Shown: positions 47,848 through 61,986 of the stretch, one piece after another
Layout of the letters: every line of letters begins with the position of its first letter
Numbering within the stretch: the first letter of the stretch is position 1
NCBI RefSeq assembly: GCF_052425735.1
Contig: NC_135769.1
Location: 10,044,001 to 10,108,000, forward strand
Length of the DNA stretch: 64,000 bases
Direction of reading: 5' to 3'
Source of the DNA: Oculina patagonica
Taxonomy: Eukaryota
Notes under the pieces: model-generated
The model's input: the letters and a program-made list of their open reading frames with translations, nothing else
What the model was told of the DNA's origin: nothing
Database searches by the model: none
Translations under genes and position numbers: made by a program

Positions 47848-50800
47848 CTCCTTGTTTGAAGAAGGTCAAGGATAAATTGATTTGTAATTACTCTGAATAG
47901 TCTGCAGCTGCAGTTTTTAAAATCAAAATTGTCTTTTAAAACAGGCGCTATAAATGGAAAGTAAAGAATTAACTCTGAGCGTTAGTCCTAGAAAGGAAAT
48001 AGGGGACCACAGACACCACACCGCAAAGAAAAATTCTTTGACCTCGATCGGTTGTTTTCGAACCCATTTCCTCCGAATTAGATTATCGTTCAGGCTCTCC
48101 TGATTAACCTACGAACCCAGACGTAAGTAAGTTAGGTGGCAATTCGTGGCAAAGTAAAGCAGCGGTTTATTTAACCCATTTCACCTCTAGTTCGTACTTG
48201 CGCAATATTGTGACACGTAAGTATGAGGGTCTATGAGGTTATTCAGGAGAAATATTCGGGAGTAACACGGCCAAAAAACACACATGTTGCTTGGCCGGTT
48301 ATTCTCAACTAAAACGTTTTTATATATAACGTTTTTATATTAAACAGCCGAATGTTAGCCTTGCTCATCAGTGAAAAAGCTCATCCATATCATATTCCAG
48401 TTCTTCTTAATAGACAAGAAAAACCAGCTAAACTAATTTTGCACGCTTAACCCGGGCGCTTTACAAAAAGACACAGCTTCACATAGTAATGAAATGTTGT
48501 TATGTTCTTATCTATCTAGTAAAGGAAAGGAAGACAGTTCTTAGCCTAAAATACTGGTTATGGCAATAAAACATTTGTACTTACCAAGCCGTGTGCTCTA
48601 AGACCGATGGAAATCTATCTTTAGGGTGACAGCTTGTCACGTCGGGCACGCAATGCTTACATGGTCACACAACGCTTACCGAGTCGCACAAGCAAAGGCT
48701 TTGGAAGGGTACGTTCTTTCCCAGTTTAGGCCTTTCGTCGCTCTCTCGTCTTTAAAGGAGCAATGTCACTGTATTTTAGGTCATTTTTTTGATTAATTTC
48801 AAATTGAAGAAAACCTCAAAATAATAGTCGCGTAATGTAGAAAAACAATAAAGGAGTAATAAAAACGTGAAAATAACCAAGAATGGTTTTAACTGACGAA
48901 GATTCAGACAGATTACAAACGACAAACTTGAAAAAACTAGAAAGTTTTTTTCAAGATGGGTTGTCCGTGACGTAGTCCCTTTAAGGATAACTGATAACTA
49001 CAATTTTTTTTTTGATAACTATCACTATCGTCACTAGCTTTGTCTCACACTACTATTCTGAAACTAGCCGAGGAGTGTTATTTTGCATAACCTATGCATG
49101 CACAAGTATTAGTCTCTAATAAAAAAGCAAAGGAGACGTTTTCAAATTCTGGCCTTTTGTCTTGCAAAAATCGCTAAACAATTGCTTACAATTTGCTCTC
49201 CCTTCAATATCGACTTCAACAAGATAGCAATATTATTACTAGAAATAGTTGACACTAACAACGCAGGCTAACACTTAAGTTTACTAATAGTGTTGAGATA
49301 CGGTTTCACTTTATTTCCACTTTAATTTTTGTGACATTGAAAAATTCGATTCTGGACACTGGTAAACAGACAGGTGCGAACAAAATTTACTTATTTCGAT
49401 ATTGTGTGAGTGAAAGAAAGAAAGAAAAAAAACCTCTGGAACAAGAAAGGCCCTAGACTTGCTCCAAGTTGCTCATTAGTTTCGCAGGAGACCGCTGGAT
49501 ACGGAAACGGAGGGCGCGCGCGGGCATGAGAAAAAAAATGGCGGAGGATTGTGGCGGAACGAACGACTTGTCTCACCTGCAGCGCGCCAATTCTGAAATG
49601 TGGCGTCACCGGTGGATTTTTCCACCGGTGACGCCATCGAGATTATGTCAATCATATTGTATTGCGCGCAAACTTACTGAGCGCGCTGTGCCCGCCAACT
49701 TAGCGCGTGCTGCTCGCGAGATAAGCTTGCGTTTAACTTCTTACCTCTTGAGCAGACTTGTTTCCTTCTGACATCGGCAGTTTAAACCAGTTTTGGAACA
49801 AACATTACAAATGTCTTCTTTTGTGCCTGTCTCTTTTAAATCTTACAGAAATGAGAGAGCCATCAAGGGCCTTGAGTATGACTTCCCACAAAAAAGGGAA
49901 GAAAATCGTAATTTTAACACACGCCACAGCTCGCTTCGGCTGCACACGGCACACGAAACTGACGTCAACACGATAAAAGAAACCAACTCAATGCACACGA
50001 AATGATGCAATATGTTCGTGGCAAAAAAACGTCAGCTAGAATCGATTTCCTGCAAGTGACACAAGTCGCTCGTTCCGAGCCATTCCTCGGCAAGTATCAT
50101 TTGTTTTCCTTCGCGCGCGCGTTCACAGAAATGAATCCCGCGTGATCTCTCGTGCGCGATTTCAAAGACGATTTTACTCAAGTGGTCTTTCGCGCTTGAT
50201 TTCAAAGCGATTCTATTTAAGTAACTATAGATGCAAAGAAAAACGAGCGACTTGGGGCAAGTCTAGAAAGGCCCTGATAGAGGGTGTTATGTTATCCCTT
50301 ACCTCAATGATTATTTCAACATTTATCCCTTATCCCTAAAAAAAGTGAGTAATTCATTATCACTAAAACCCATAACAAGGCCTTTCCAGAGTATCAGGAG
50401 AATTAACTAAGAGTACTACAACGAAGTTGTTAAAACTAGTTTTCTATAGATACCGTGGGAAATGTGGAGTGCCGTCCCGAAAGAGTGGAAGCGGGGACAC
50501 CCATATGAAACGCACGAGAATGCTCGTCCTCGCGCGAAGGTGTGTAATCTTCGGATTCTGGTCTCACGAATGGTGTTCTGGGCAAAATGCAAATCTCGTT
50601 TACAGTTGCACGCGATGAAATATAGAAATATACGGCTTAAAAAAAAAACGCACCCTCAGATAGGTCCGGGATTTAATTCAAAATTATCGAGGAGCATCCC
50701 TCTTTGTTTCATATGGTGCCGCCAAGGGGTGGGGGTGGGTTGGTGGTGCAGTTAGATAATAATAATTATAATAAGCATAGCACACCAAAGTAAGTGGTTA

Positions 50801-51165
50801 GTGACGGACCATTAATGTTTTGAGGGGGTGGGGTAATTACCAAAAAACTCCTGCGCAGAACTAAAAAGATCGTGTAAGGGGAGCCACGAGGAAAAACAAA
50901 TAAGAAAAATCTAAAAAAAAGATTGCTCATCCTGAAGGTCACAAAATAAATCTTGCCCAGAAAAAGTGCCCAACCCCCACCTCCCCCCCCCCCCTTCAAA
51001 ATAAAATAAAATAAAATAATCATCATAGACCATCATTGGTATCTCAGTATTTTATTTCCAAAGTGTCAGTGATACATCATTGACAATCTGACACTGAAAC
51101 AAGCATTAAAACCTAAAACAAGTATAATCAACAATAGAGTCTGTAAATGACTCAGTGAAACACGC

Positions 51166-54100
51166 TTATGCTGTGGGATAAGAGGTTAGAACCATTCCTT
51201 GATTGTGAAAGTTGATGGTTTTTATCATGACTGCTTTCCCATCAATATTGCAAGTGCAGTCACCCGGTTCTCCAAAGAAGCATGCCGTGTACAGCGCCAT
51301 CTCAAAAGCAGGGCTTGTTCCCACATAGAAACTGCTGCCTGGTGGCTTGTTTGCACCTTTCCACGAAAACGCTGCGTTGATGAATGTCGGCTGCGATAAA
51401 AAATGCAATTTTAGTTTTACTCTGTTGTTTCTCTCTCCAGGTGAGTAGTTACAAGAGATCATGCCCTTCCTCCCTACTTATCAGTCAGGTTAGGTCAGTA
51501 GGGAGTTTAAAGGCAATTCGCTAAACAAATGATTTACGAAAGTACAATAGCTTACTTCAAGAAAGAGTGGTGACTTAGGTCGAGAGTCTCGGCGCAAGCG
51601 CTGATGGGTTTCTTGGGGCAGGGAGGGAGTGGAGGGGGGGGGGGAGGCGTAGTGGGTGGAAACAAACAAGTATTGTGGCATGGTTCGCTGAGGGGCTCGT
51701 TAAATGCAATGGTGATTTCATGGTTTATTTTCAGTCAAACGAAATGTTCTTTTTCGCGTTACTTTGCATGCTAGCAGCGGAATGTTTCAATACTGCTCTT
51801 GCAATTTCTCGAGAAAAATGCCAAGCTCCTTGTGAGTTTTAAGGAGTTTCATAATATTAATATCAATTACTTTATTTCGAAATATTATGGATTTATATTT
51901 ATGTTTTATTCTCATCTATTTCGTCAATGTTTCCCGAAAATCTCATAAAAGAAATTAACTTTATTAGTCATCAAGCGTTACGTGTTTCATATCTTATTTC
52001 TGTAATCTTGTAGCACGCACACAACATCAACAACAACACAAATAAACAAACAAAAAAAATAAATGGAGAAGACAATTCGTCTTCTTGAATCAGTTTCTCG
52101 ATTATTCCTTAACATTTATACCAGGAGCACATGCAGTGTTACCTTTTTGGTTGTGTCAACAACATTCTTTGGGGGTGGTGCGTAAGTCAATCTTCCTGCT
52201 GTCTGCTCGATGTGGAACTGGTACCAATTGTGAAGACCCTTAACAACCACATTGCTGCCTTGAAGGCCAGTTTCACCTGTTGTGAAATTGTTAAATGTTT
52301 CATACGCGAGTTAACACTCCAGCCTTTCCAAAAGACGGAATACAGAGACAAAAATGCCTCACCTAGTATAGTTTCTTATAAACGCCTCCAAACTGTCCAG
52401 GGCTTGGTTTTTATTTATGTGAAACACGACTTTTTTACATTGTACATTGCTTTTTTATTATTTTACTACGGTCAATTTTGACCATATAAAATCAGCAGAT
52501 AAGAAATGGACGAAGCGTTTTAACATACACCTTATTCGATGGTTTACAGCGCGACGCACCATACCGGTACCGTGGCCACCCAACAAACTTTTTTACAAGC
52601 GTTTTATCGTAATATCATTATCAGTTTGACGAACACGCCGCCTTGCAATGTTGAATACGATCAAATGGATACTTTTTAAATCGTATTTATCAACAAAACA
52701 AAGTGAAAACGTAAAATATTGCAAGATGACACTTGTAAAAAAGTTTGTTGGGTGGCCACGGTAAGGCGCGTCGCACTGTAACATACCGCGGATATTTAGT
52801 GAGTTGCGTCTCTCTCTTATTTCCTTAACCCGAGTGGGGGGATAGGGCCGGTAGCGAATTGCGTAGTATTAGTAAAATCGAGTAAAGTACGAGTAATGAG
52901 CGCAATGTCCGCGTGTATTAAATGTTAAACCATCGAATAAGGGATTGATTATTCCACTATCATTTCAAGCCTACAGAACGCATACAAGTAGAAGTTTGGA
53001 TCGTTTCGTCCGACCATTTTGTTGCTCCGCTTTCCGCTCGTATTTTTGCCTTTTCTTCAGTGTATTTGCGGCTCATATTTTGCGCGTGCTTTTGACCTTA
53101 TATGGTAAAATGGCATTTTCGTATTCAATATTACTTTGCAGTGTCCTATATACTTGTGGTGCAAAATTTAGCCAGGTCGGCTTGTTAGGAAGGCTGTGGC
53201 CGGGTTTACTATTCTATACATACAGGGTATTTTACAAACGTCTACAAAATAGTCACGCAGAAATTAACAGTCAATAATATCTAATTAAAGCTCTATAAGT
53301 GACGGTAAGTTCTCTTTACCAACGAATGTGTGTTCAAATCCAGAGTAATGAGGTACGCCGCCTCCTTTGGCATATTTTGTGAACCACATGGTCTTCAGTA
53401 TTGCCTTGAATGCCGTTAAATCCTGGAAACATTCAGTAAAAAAAAAAATGAGAAAAAAAGGTAAAAAGGAAAACAGTATAACTAAAGAAGCAGTGCAGTG
53501 GAGAATTCTTAAAACACCACTGGACGAGTAGTTATTTATATATTAGTGTATCCCAAGGATATAAAATAACTGAGGTTAGTCTGGTCTATTTCTAACTCTT
53601 GCTTGGGCAGCTCTGTTTCTGACGCTAAGCCTGATTGAATTTCCTTTTTACAACTTACATCGACTCGACCGCGCAATCGAAGATGGAGAAGGTATGGGTA
53701 CCCTTTGTCAGGTAAGGATACCAGGCTGAACGGTTAACTAACATAACGAACATTTCTGTTAAATGTTTCGTTTTTCAGCAAAGCGTTCTTTGTGTAAACA
53801 GCTTTTAAATCCTTATTCTTACGTTTAACAACTCCCTTTAATGGATTCACTGCAATACCACTTCGTTTTTTAAAATTAAATAAATAAGAACATCCCACCT
53901 TGTCCGAAAATTAGACGTTCCCTGGCCGGGGTCAGTGTGTTTATGTTGTGTTCTGGGCAAGACACTTCACTCTCAAAGTGCCTATCTCCACCCAGGTGTA
54001 TAAATGGGTACCATCGAAATTATGCTGGGGGGTGGGGAGGGGGGTGTACCTTGCGATGGACAAGCATCCAATTCAGGGGGGAGCAGAAATATTTCCTAGC

Positions 54101-56221
54101 GGCTTTTTGCTACAGACACCAAAAAACTATAAAAGCTGCGGCAATATGGACCGCAAGGCTCGAGTCTTCCCTTTATTTATTTTTTTTAAAGTGTATCTTT
54201 TAGTTATTAACTTGCTAAGTGTTCTGTAACATCTTACCGCAGCTGCGGTTTTTCCGTTTGCCTTCAAGTACTGAAAGGCTTGATCTATAGGACCACCTGG
54301 GACGGCGATGGTGTTTATAAAATCATCTTCTTCGTTGATCTCCACTGGTTCGGTTACTTCCGGCTTCAGCTCGTCTGGAATGTAGTTATCTAAAAGAGCT
54401 TTTAAAGAAACAACCAAAGATTGAAAAGAAAGCAGTTACCGGCTTTAAGCCCTGGGCTTATACAGCTTTGCAAGGGGTTTTGGGTGGGCTTAATTATAAA
54501 CGGAGAGGCTTATATCCGGGGGAGGGGGGGGGGGGAGATATATCAACAAACTCAACACACATATTATGCTGGGTCCAGAGATCAAACGTTAAATTCTGGG
54601 CCACATTGGTGGAAGGTTATCCCCGCTCTTCCAACTTGGTTGATCTTGGTTGACCCTGTTGTTTTATCGACAGCGCTACGAGGCCGGATTGGACCTAGTC
54701 GCGGGTTATTTCAAAAAACTGGCATTTCGTTGCAGGGATACGGGGAGCGTGCAGTTTATTAAAACTGACTTTTACTAACAGTTAAATATTTTCATTTTAA
54801 ATCCATGGTAATTTAAAGTACTGAAGATAAATCCTCAAAAAAGATACTATAAACCGCATACCAACCAACGATGCTAAGAAAGGAAAAAAAAAACATAATT
54901 CTACATATTCTCTTACAATTAATCATCTTACCTTTGAACTTGGCGTACACCGGCTGGTTAAGTTTGGCCTGGCCTGTTGCAGTTAAAGTAAACAGCTGCG
55001 TCGCCGTGTTGGACGTGTCCACTGTTAAATCAGTTCCCATAACCATATTACTGCCAGCTGCATCCCACATGTTTTGGCAAACACCTCCTAAATCACGACG
55101 AACTCGAATTCCACTTTGTTTATGAAAACAAAAAAGTTACGCAGTGTCAATATAGTTTGAAATTTTGGCGATAACATTCCACAGCCAGGGTAAAAGTGAC
55201 GAAAACAATTTTGTCTAATGGTCATTTTCCAGTAAAATTTATTTCTCACTACAGCGCTAAAAATATATATTTCAGTTCCTACCATAACTTTATCTTTTGG
55301 GGAATTACCCCCTTACATCAATACCACCTTTTTTAACACCTCTGAAAATGAGTCAGATCTCTTAATCATCTAGTTGATGGTATCTGGCACAAATGTTTTC
55401 TAACCTAACTAACATCGGTCACATTACTGGTACCTGTAAAGAAGAATATGCTTATAACTGGTGTCTGGACACCTTAACACTGAGTTTCATTCATGTGCAA
55501 AACCTCTATAGCTATTGAAAAGAAAATTGGCTCAAGAAAAAGAAACTAAATCTTCGTAACCTATAGCTAGAAACCAACAACAGCCAATGGATCGATGCCT
55601 TTATCGTATGACTTTTATGTAAATTTATTTTTTTTTAAATTCGATGGACACACAGTCCAAACTAATATTGTCCTTTCCAAACAAACCATTCAGTATATAA
55701 TCAAACAAAGAAAGGGCCCTAAATGATATTCGCCAAAACAACATGGTTGCAAATATTCTGGTGTCATGTACCGGCAACTGGACACTAAAACGGACAAGAA
55801 AAAAACCAGCATCTGTAGAACTGTTCAGAATTTCTTCAAAATATCCACCTTTTTATATTGATTAAACTGTTCTTGAATTTGACATGAAAGCGACGAACAG
55901 TTAAGTTTAAGGAAACCTGTAGCTTCCGAGTTTTAGTAAAACCAGCCGGAAAAAGGAATTTAATTTTAACAGCTATAATGGAAGTCAATAAACGTGTTGG
56001 TCTTTATTGACAAAAAAGTAGATGCCTGGTCAAAATATCAGGGTGATTTTTTTCAATGCCTTGTCATGGAAGTGCATAAAACCTGACAAAGAGCGAAATT
56101 CAACGATTGTGGTTTATTCCATTCTAAAGAAAAAATATTTTAAGGAGGAAATCTGGAATACGTACCGTGCTTGAATCGATGATACGAACAGCAAACAAGC
56201 AATCAGTGACGTTGCCCACAT
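51166..56221 (-). CDS. ENDOU: Poly(U)-specific endoribonuclease (EndoU/XendoU family), 286 aa, signal peptide plus furin-type site
   Basis: Exons 56221-56166, 55113-54932, 54398-54238, 53422-53320, 52276-52143 and 51390-51166 (861 nt, phases compatible). Motifs LLDNY, MWFTKY, SGFEHTFVGE, GLHNW, WKGANKP, GTSPAFEMALYT, giving the His-His-Lys catalytic set. Confidence 0.9.
53915..54120 (+). mobile_element. SINE with conserved central domain, in an EndoU intron
   Basis: GGGCAAGACACTT...GTGCCT.TCTCCACCCAGGTGTATAAATGGGTACC core. Confidence 0.7.
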
Positions 56222-59126
56222 TTTGAATAGTCTTCTAGGCAGTAAAGCTCTGTTCCACTTTTGACAGTTATAACACGACTTCTCTTGGAAAATGTCAGCA
56301 TCAACTAAGGTTCAACAATTTACGGAAACTAAAGTACCATACCCGCCAGTTCTCCAATTGGCTGAATGGATATCTGACCAACAGCCAGAAAACAATACAC
56401 CACAATCTAACAAATATTTTACGCTACATAGAGTAATCATTGTAGCGTAAAACATCTTATCGATTGGCTGAATGGTTAGAAACCAATAGCCTAAACCTAA
56501 CACCCTGAAACCGTAATCTAACAATTACTTACAATTTTTTTTGCTAAAATGATTCTTTTTCATATCGCCCTATTATCACTTACCCCATCTAGACTTCTTC
56601 TGTAACTCGTGTTTTCTCAATTCCTATAATTAACGGACCATTCCAGTAAAGTAAATCACCTTTTTAATTTCGCCACCAAAAGCCCGGTGGAGTCCTGAAA
56701 AATTATGGTCGTCGCATTATAATTAACAAAGGTTGCCTACAGGGCAAAAAGTGGTAAACGTTTCTAGGTGGTTGCATAAACAAGGTGACTACAAGGGCGG
56801 GCTTTAGCCTGCACTGCATTTTTTAAAAAAGTGAACGTGCAATGATGGTTTAATTTACTTTTTAAGGTTTGGTTATCAAGCGCTAAGTGGAAGTATCAAA
56901 TATGAAAGTGCTGTCTATTAATTCAAGAAACTCGTGACAAAAACAACGACAACAAAACAACGACAACAACAACAGCAAAAGTGACCAAAAAATGTTTGCA
57001 AAGAGTGCTTTGTGCTAGAATAAATAACAGGAAACAAAATGTGCAAGTCTCTTAGTCTTTCATATATCACAGCATAAAAATAGGAATTTAGCCAGAAAAC
57101 AATACCATGATCTAAGAAATATTTTACGCTCGAATTATTACTTTATCATCCCTTGTATCTCATTCTTATGAACCCGGCGATTGTCTGAATGGTTAACAAG
57201 CAATAGCTTAAACCCAAACGGCCCGAAACCGTAATCTAACAAGTTTTTAATTTCGGTAAAATATTTTTTTCAACTAAGCCACTATTAGTATTTATTTTTT
57301 TCTATAACCTTTTTAATCCCGCCACCAACCGTCCAGTAAAGTGGACACCTGATGAAGTTAGGGTGGTCGTATTTATAAAGGTTGCTTACAGGGCAAAAAG
57401 TGATAAAAGTTACTAGGTGTTTGTAGTCTCTTAGTCTATTTTATATATCACAGCATGAAAATGGAGATTTAGCTTGAAAACAAAACACCATAATCTAAAA
57501 AATAATTTACGCCTGAATTATCACTCTATTAGCACTTACCTTTCATCAAATTTCATTCTTCTTGAACCCTGGCGATTTGCCTAATGATTAACACTGACAA
57601 CCGATAGCTTAAACGCAAAGGCCCGAAACCGTAATCTTACAACAGTTTCTTGCTTAAATGATTCTTTTCCAGGAAGCTTAAATTTTCTGTACCTCGTTCT
57701 TTTTTCAGTCGTTGCCTATAATTAAAACACATGTCCAGTTAAGTGGATCACCTTCTTAATCCTGCCACCAAACGCTTAGTAAAGTGGAGTCCTATTATAA
57801 GTTAGAGTGGTCGTATTAACAAAGGTTGCTTACAGGGCAAAAAGTGATAAAAGTGGCTAGGTGCTTTTATAAACTAGGTGGCTTAATGGTTAGCAACCTA
57901 GACGGCGCAGGCTTTCACTTCAATTTTACAAGAAGTAAACTTGCAATTATTGTATAGTTTATCTATAAAAGTTTGGTTATCAAGCTAAGTGAAAGTGTTA
58001 AATACGAAATCTACATTATTGCTGTCTTAAATTGTTTGTAAATAATGCTTTGAGCTGGAAGAAAAAACAAGGAACAACATATGACAGTCTCTTAGTCTCT
58101 TTCATATATCACAACGTGAAAATAGGGATTTAGATAGAAAACAGCTTACAAATATTTTACGCTAGAATTAATACTCTATGCCATTATTACCTTCTTAATC
58201 CTACCACCAACCGCCCAGTAAAATGGAGACTAAATTTACCTTAGGGTGGTCGTATTATAAAGGTTGCTTACAGGGCAAAATGTGGTAAAAGCTACTAGGT
58301 GATTGTATTAACTACGTGACTAGAAGGTGGGCTTCAACTTCATTTTTACAAGAAATGAACATGCAATGACGGTATAGTTTGTCTATAACGTTTGGCTATC
58401 AAGCTAAGCGAAAGAATCAAATACGAAACCCACATTATTGCTATCTACTGATTTGTGAAACTCGTAAAAAAATACAACAACAACAACAGCAAAAATGACC
58501 AAAACATATTTGTAAAGTGCTTTGTGCTGGAATAAATAACGAGGAACAAAACCTGCAATTCTCATGGTCTATTTCGACGATCACAGCATTAAAAAAGGGA
58601 TTTACTGAACTAGAAAATAAACATCCAACAAACATTTTACGCTGGCCGTTAATATTATATCAGCCGTTATCACCTTCTTATCCCTGTCAACAAATGATCA
58701 GTAAAGTGGAGACCTAACATTTGTTAGGGTGGTCGTATTAATAAATGTTGCTTACAAGGGAAAAAAGTTGTCAAAGTTACTGGTGGCTGTATAAACCAGG
58801 AGTGACTAGTAGACAGGCTGAATGGATATCTGACCAATAGCAAGAAAACACTACACCATAACCTAACAAATATTTACGCTAGAATTATTATTCCATTAGC
58901 ACTTATCTCTCTGTATATCTCATTCTTATTGGACCCGGCGATTGGCGGAATGTTAAAAAGCCGATAGCTTAAACCCAATAGCCTGAAAACGTAATCTAAC
59001 AATATAACTTTTCGATATAATGATTCTTGGGTCTATTAGTACTTATCCCAGTTTCTTTATTCTCGTTCTTTTTTCGTTACCTGTAATTAAAGGACCAGTC
59101 CAGTAAAGTGGACAATCTTCTTTTAA

Positions 59127-59276
59127 GGACGTTCGCGCTAATTGTTTATGCGCATCCTTACTGCGCACGTAATTCATGTCGCAACGTCATGCCACGCGAT
59201 ACATTGAGCGCGCGCGAGCCGAGAAAACTTTCTAATTAACAATTAGACTACAAGCCCGAGTTTTCTATGAGCAAAA

Positions 59277-59310
<34 letters not shown>

Positions 59311-59311
59311 A

Positions 59312-59347
<36 letters not shown>

Positions 59348-60089
59348 GAAACTCTACAGGATTAGTTCAGTCCAAAACCTACAATATTGTGCACTTTGAA
59401 GACAAAAATCAAGAAAATTTATCGCTTAAAGAGCTACGCGAGCGCGCGACTGTTTTCTATCGGCGAATAGAAATCAGTGGGAGAACCAATCAGATTCGCG
59501 GATTTCCAATAGAACACAGCTGAGTTTCTACTAAGCACATATAGGGTGGGTAGCCGTTCCGCTCACTTCGCTTGAAGTTTGCTCTCTTAAATGGTCGGTG
59601 ACCCCTACTTTTTTCTTAACCGATTGCTTTTGTAAATTAATATCTACGTTTTGCGACAAAATGAAAAAAAAATCTATCGAGTGGAAGTTTGTTTTTATTG
59701 TCCGACTTACGTTTGAATTAAGATTTTTGAGCTTTCCGTTTTACCGTACGACAGTTTTTAATGCCTTTTTTCAGGGTTAAGTCTTACAAAAAATATGTCA
59801 ACACTAGGAATTATTTACGTAACAAACGCCCTTCTACAAAATGTGACTAAGATCGTTTGCCTCTGTTTACTAATCTTCCATATTGTGAACTACAAGCCTT
59901 GCAAACACTGCTGAATTACGCGCGCTATTTTTTTTTTTAAATCAGGGTAGTTTTCCACACGCTTTATCTCTGAAACAAAGTCAGTGACCCCAATTTTTTT
60001 TACATTTCTGTAACAAGTTACTCATTATCTGGCCGCAGTAAAAATTTTAAAAAACTCTATCAAGTAAGAAATTTTTGGCGCGAACGTCC
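59127..60089. mobile_element. Kolobok-like non-autonomous element
   Basis: TTAA|GGACGTTCGCGC...GCGCGAACGTCC|TTAA. Confidence 0.8.
59236..59534 (-). mobile_element. Asymmetric-IR/hairpin element, copy B, nested in a TTAA element
   Basis: Reverse complement of 14920-15218. Confidence 0.8.
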
Positions 60090-61986
60090 TTAAGAAGAGA
60101 TTAAAATCCCGCCACCAAACGCCTGGTAAAGAGGAGACCTAATAAAAGTTAGGCAGTTTTAATAAATGTTGTTTACAGGTAAAAAGTGGCCGAAATTGCT
60201 AGGTGGTCATGTAAACGAGGTTACTATAAGCCCGTCAAGCTGTAATAGAGCTTATTTAAATTAAAAATTTGGTTATCAAGTTAAGCGGAAATTGTATACG
60301 AAACCCAGATTACTGTATATTAATTCATGAAACACGTAAAATTGTGACAATAAAGATCGCGGCATGTAATTTGCCACAAGAGATGATATAGCTTATTTCG
60401 TTATTATATATCGACAAAATGGTTATGGTTATCAAGGTAAGCGAAAACAGATCTTATATGAAATCAAAATTGCTGTGTATTCATTTCAAACGTATTGTGA
60501 ATTTCCTTGCATGCTTTTCGTGACAATAAAGATCACGACCAAACTGAGCACCGGGGTTTTCATACCATGTGCTAGTTATCAAACATGCTTATACAATGAC
60601 AACGGAGCAAAACTGCATTTTAAAATTACCTTGACTCAACAAAACACGGCAACGTTAAAAAGATTTTAAATTATTCGATCTTCAATTCTGATGAATTCGC
60701 GATGCCCGAAGACATGATTCAAACGCAAGTAACACAAAAAACGATCGACTTTCTGATTACAGTGACTTCTTTGAAACTTAATCAAAACGCTACCATCTTC
60801 AGACTGAAGGTGACACAGCTATTGTGATAATTTTATGAGAAAGGAAACAGGTTTTAAAGCCACCATGAAAACATAGTTTTCCTCTCTATTTTAAACAATT
60901 GTTCACTCGATACATTGGCGGCAGAGTAAGGGGCGGAAGCCGAAAATATCGCGAGCGCAGCGTAAAATTGGTTTGTCAAGATATTCCGTCTCGTGAGTAA
61001 GCTCAAACATCTTTCAAACTTCCTTGGAAGTCTTCGGGAAACTTCGCTTATCTTCTGAAAAGTTTGACAAACGATCGGAAACGCCCTTGAACAACAGTCG
61101 AAGAATCTTCGGAAATCTTCGGTCTAAAACTGCTCAGAAATCAAAAAGTTGCTAGAACGGAAAAAGTTGCTCCAAATATGAATACCTGCCGAGGGAAACC
61201 CCGAGAACTCGAATCCCCAATGACTCGAATTCTTTTCACTTTCCTTTTAATGTTTCAATTTTTCGGGAGTTTAACTGTAGTAGACTCTTTAGTCTTTAAA
61301 CACAATAACATGCTCTTCTGTCAAAGAAGATACCACCTACAAACGTTCGCGCGATTACGAACTCCTTTTACAAATTCAAAACCTGCGCAATTTACTAGAA
61401 GTTCCTGATGACACTATGGAACACTTGTAAAATTATCAAGGTTTTATTTTTAAACATCCATCCTTTTGTTCTTCACATACTTAGTGCAGAAATTATATAA
61501 AATACTACTTAAGTTATTATTCCATAAATTCCTGTCATTGTTGTCACACATTGCAGTTACTCGACTAAATAACCCTTACCCTGTATTCCCAATAGTTGAT
61601 CGTAATGTCGGACAAAATCGATATGTTACGGTCGTACTTGCTCAAAACAATTCGCGACAATTTTTTCCCCAAATTATAAGAATATTTCACCTGTTCCTTT
61701 TCCTCTTAAAAGCTTGGAGCAAAGTGTTTATATGATACATATTTCTTTATTTTATCCTGTTTTTTTCCTAGTTATTCATTTCATTCTAAGTGACACCTGG
61801 CAATTACCTGTGCCCGCACGTTATGTTTTCCTTGTCAGCGACTCTTTCGCATAATTTGCATATTTCGTGCATATTCAACAGTAATTCGTTCGGTTCGCGT
61901 GTTGAACTGGTTTCGTTGTCACCTGTGACTCTTTCGTTCATCTGCATACAATTTTCGCTGTTCTCACCCTTTCTAGTTTAAAGAAA

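Larger units (their letters stand above)
56360..60540. repeat. Degenerate tandem array of units of about 450-650 bp upstream of EndoU
   Basis: AAGGTTGCTTACAGGGCAAAAAGTG-like anchors near 56730, 57378, 57822, 58260, 58745 and 60165. Recurrent GAAACCGTAATCTAAC and CCACCAA..CAGTAAAGTGGA. Confidence 0.8.

Noticed and set aside
55405-55433. Extra EndoU micro-exon after TTTACAG
   Set aside because: It gives a stop in the required phase; exon 1 joins 55113 in frame without it.
57346-57360. Other CTGATGA motifs (also near 3431, 47649, 60688, 61405) as hammerheads
   Set aside because: No stem II followed by GAAA, and no stem I partner.
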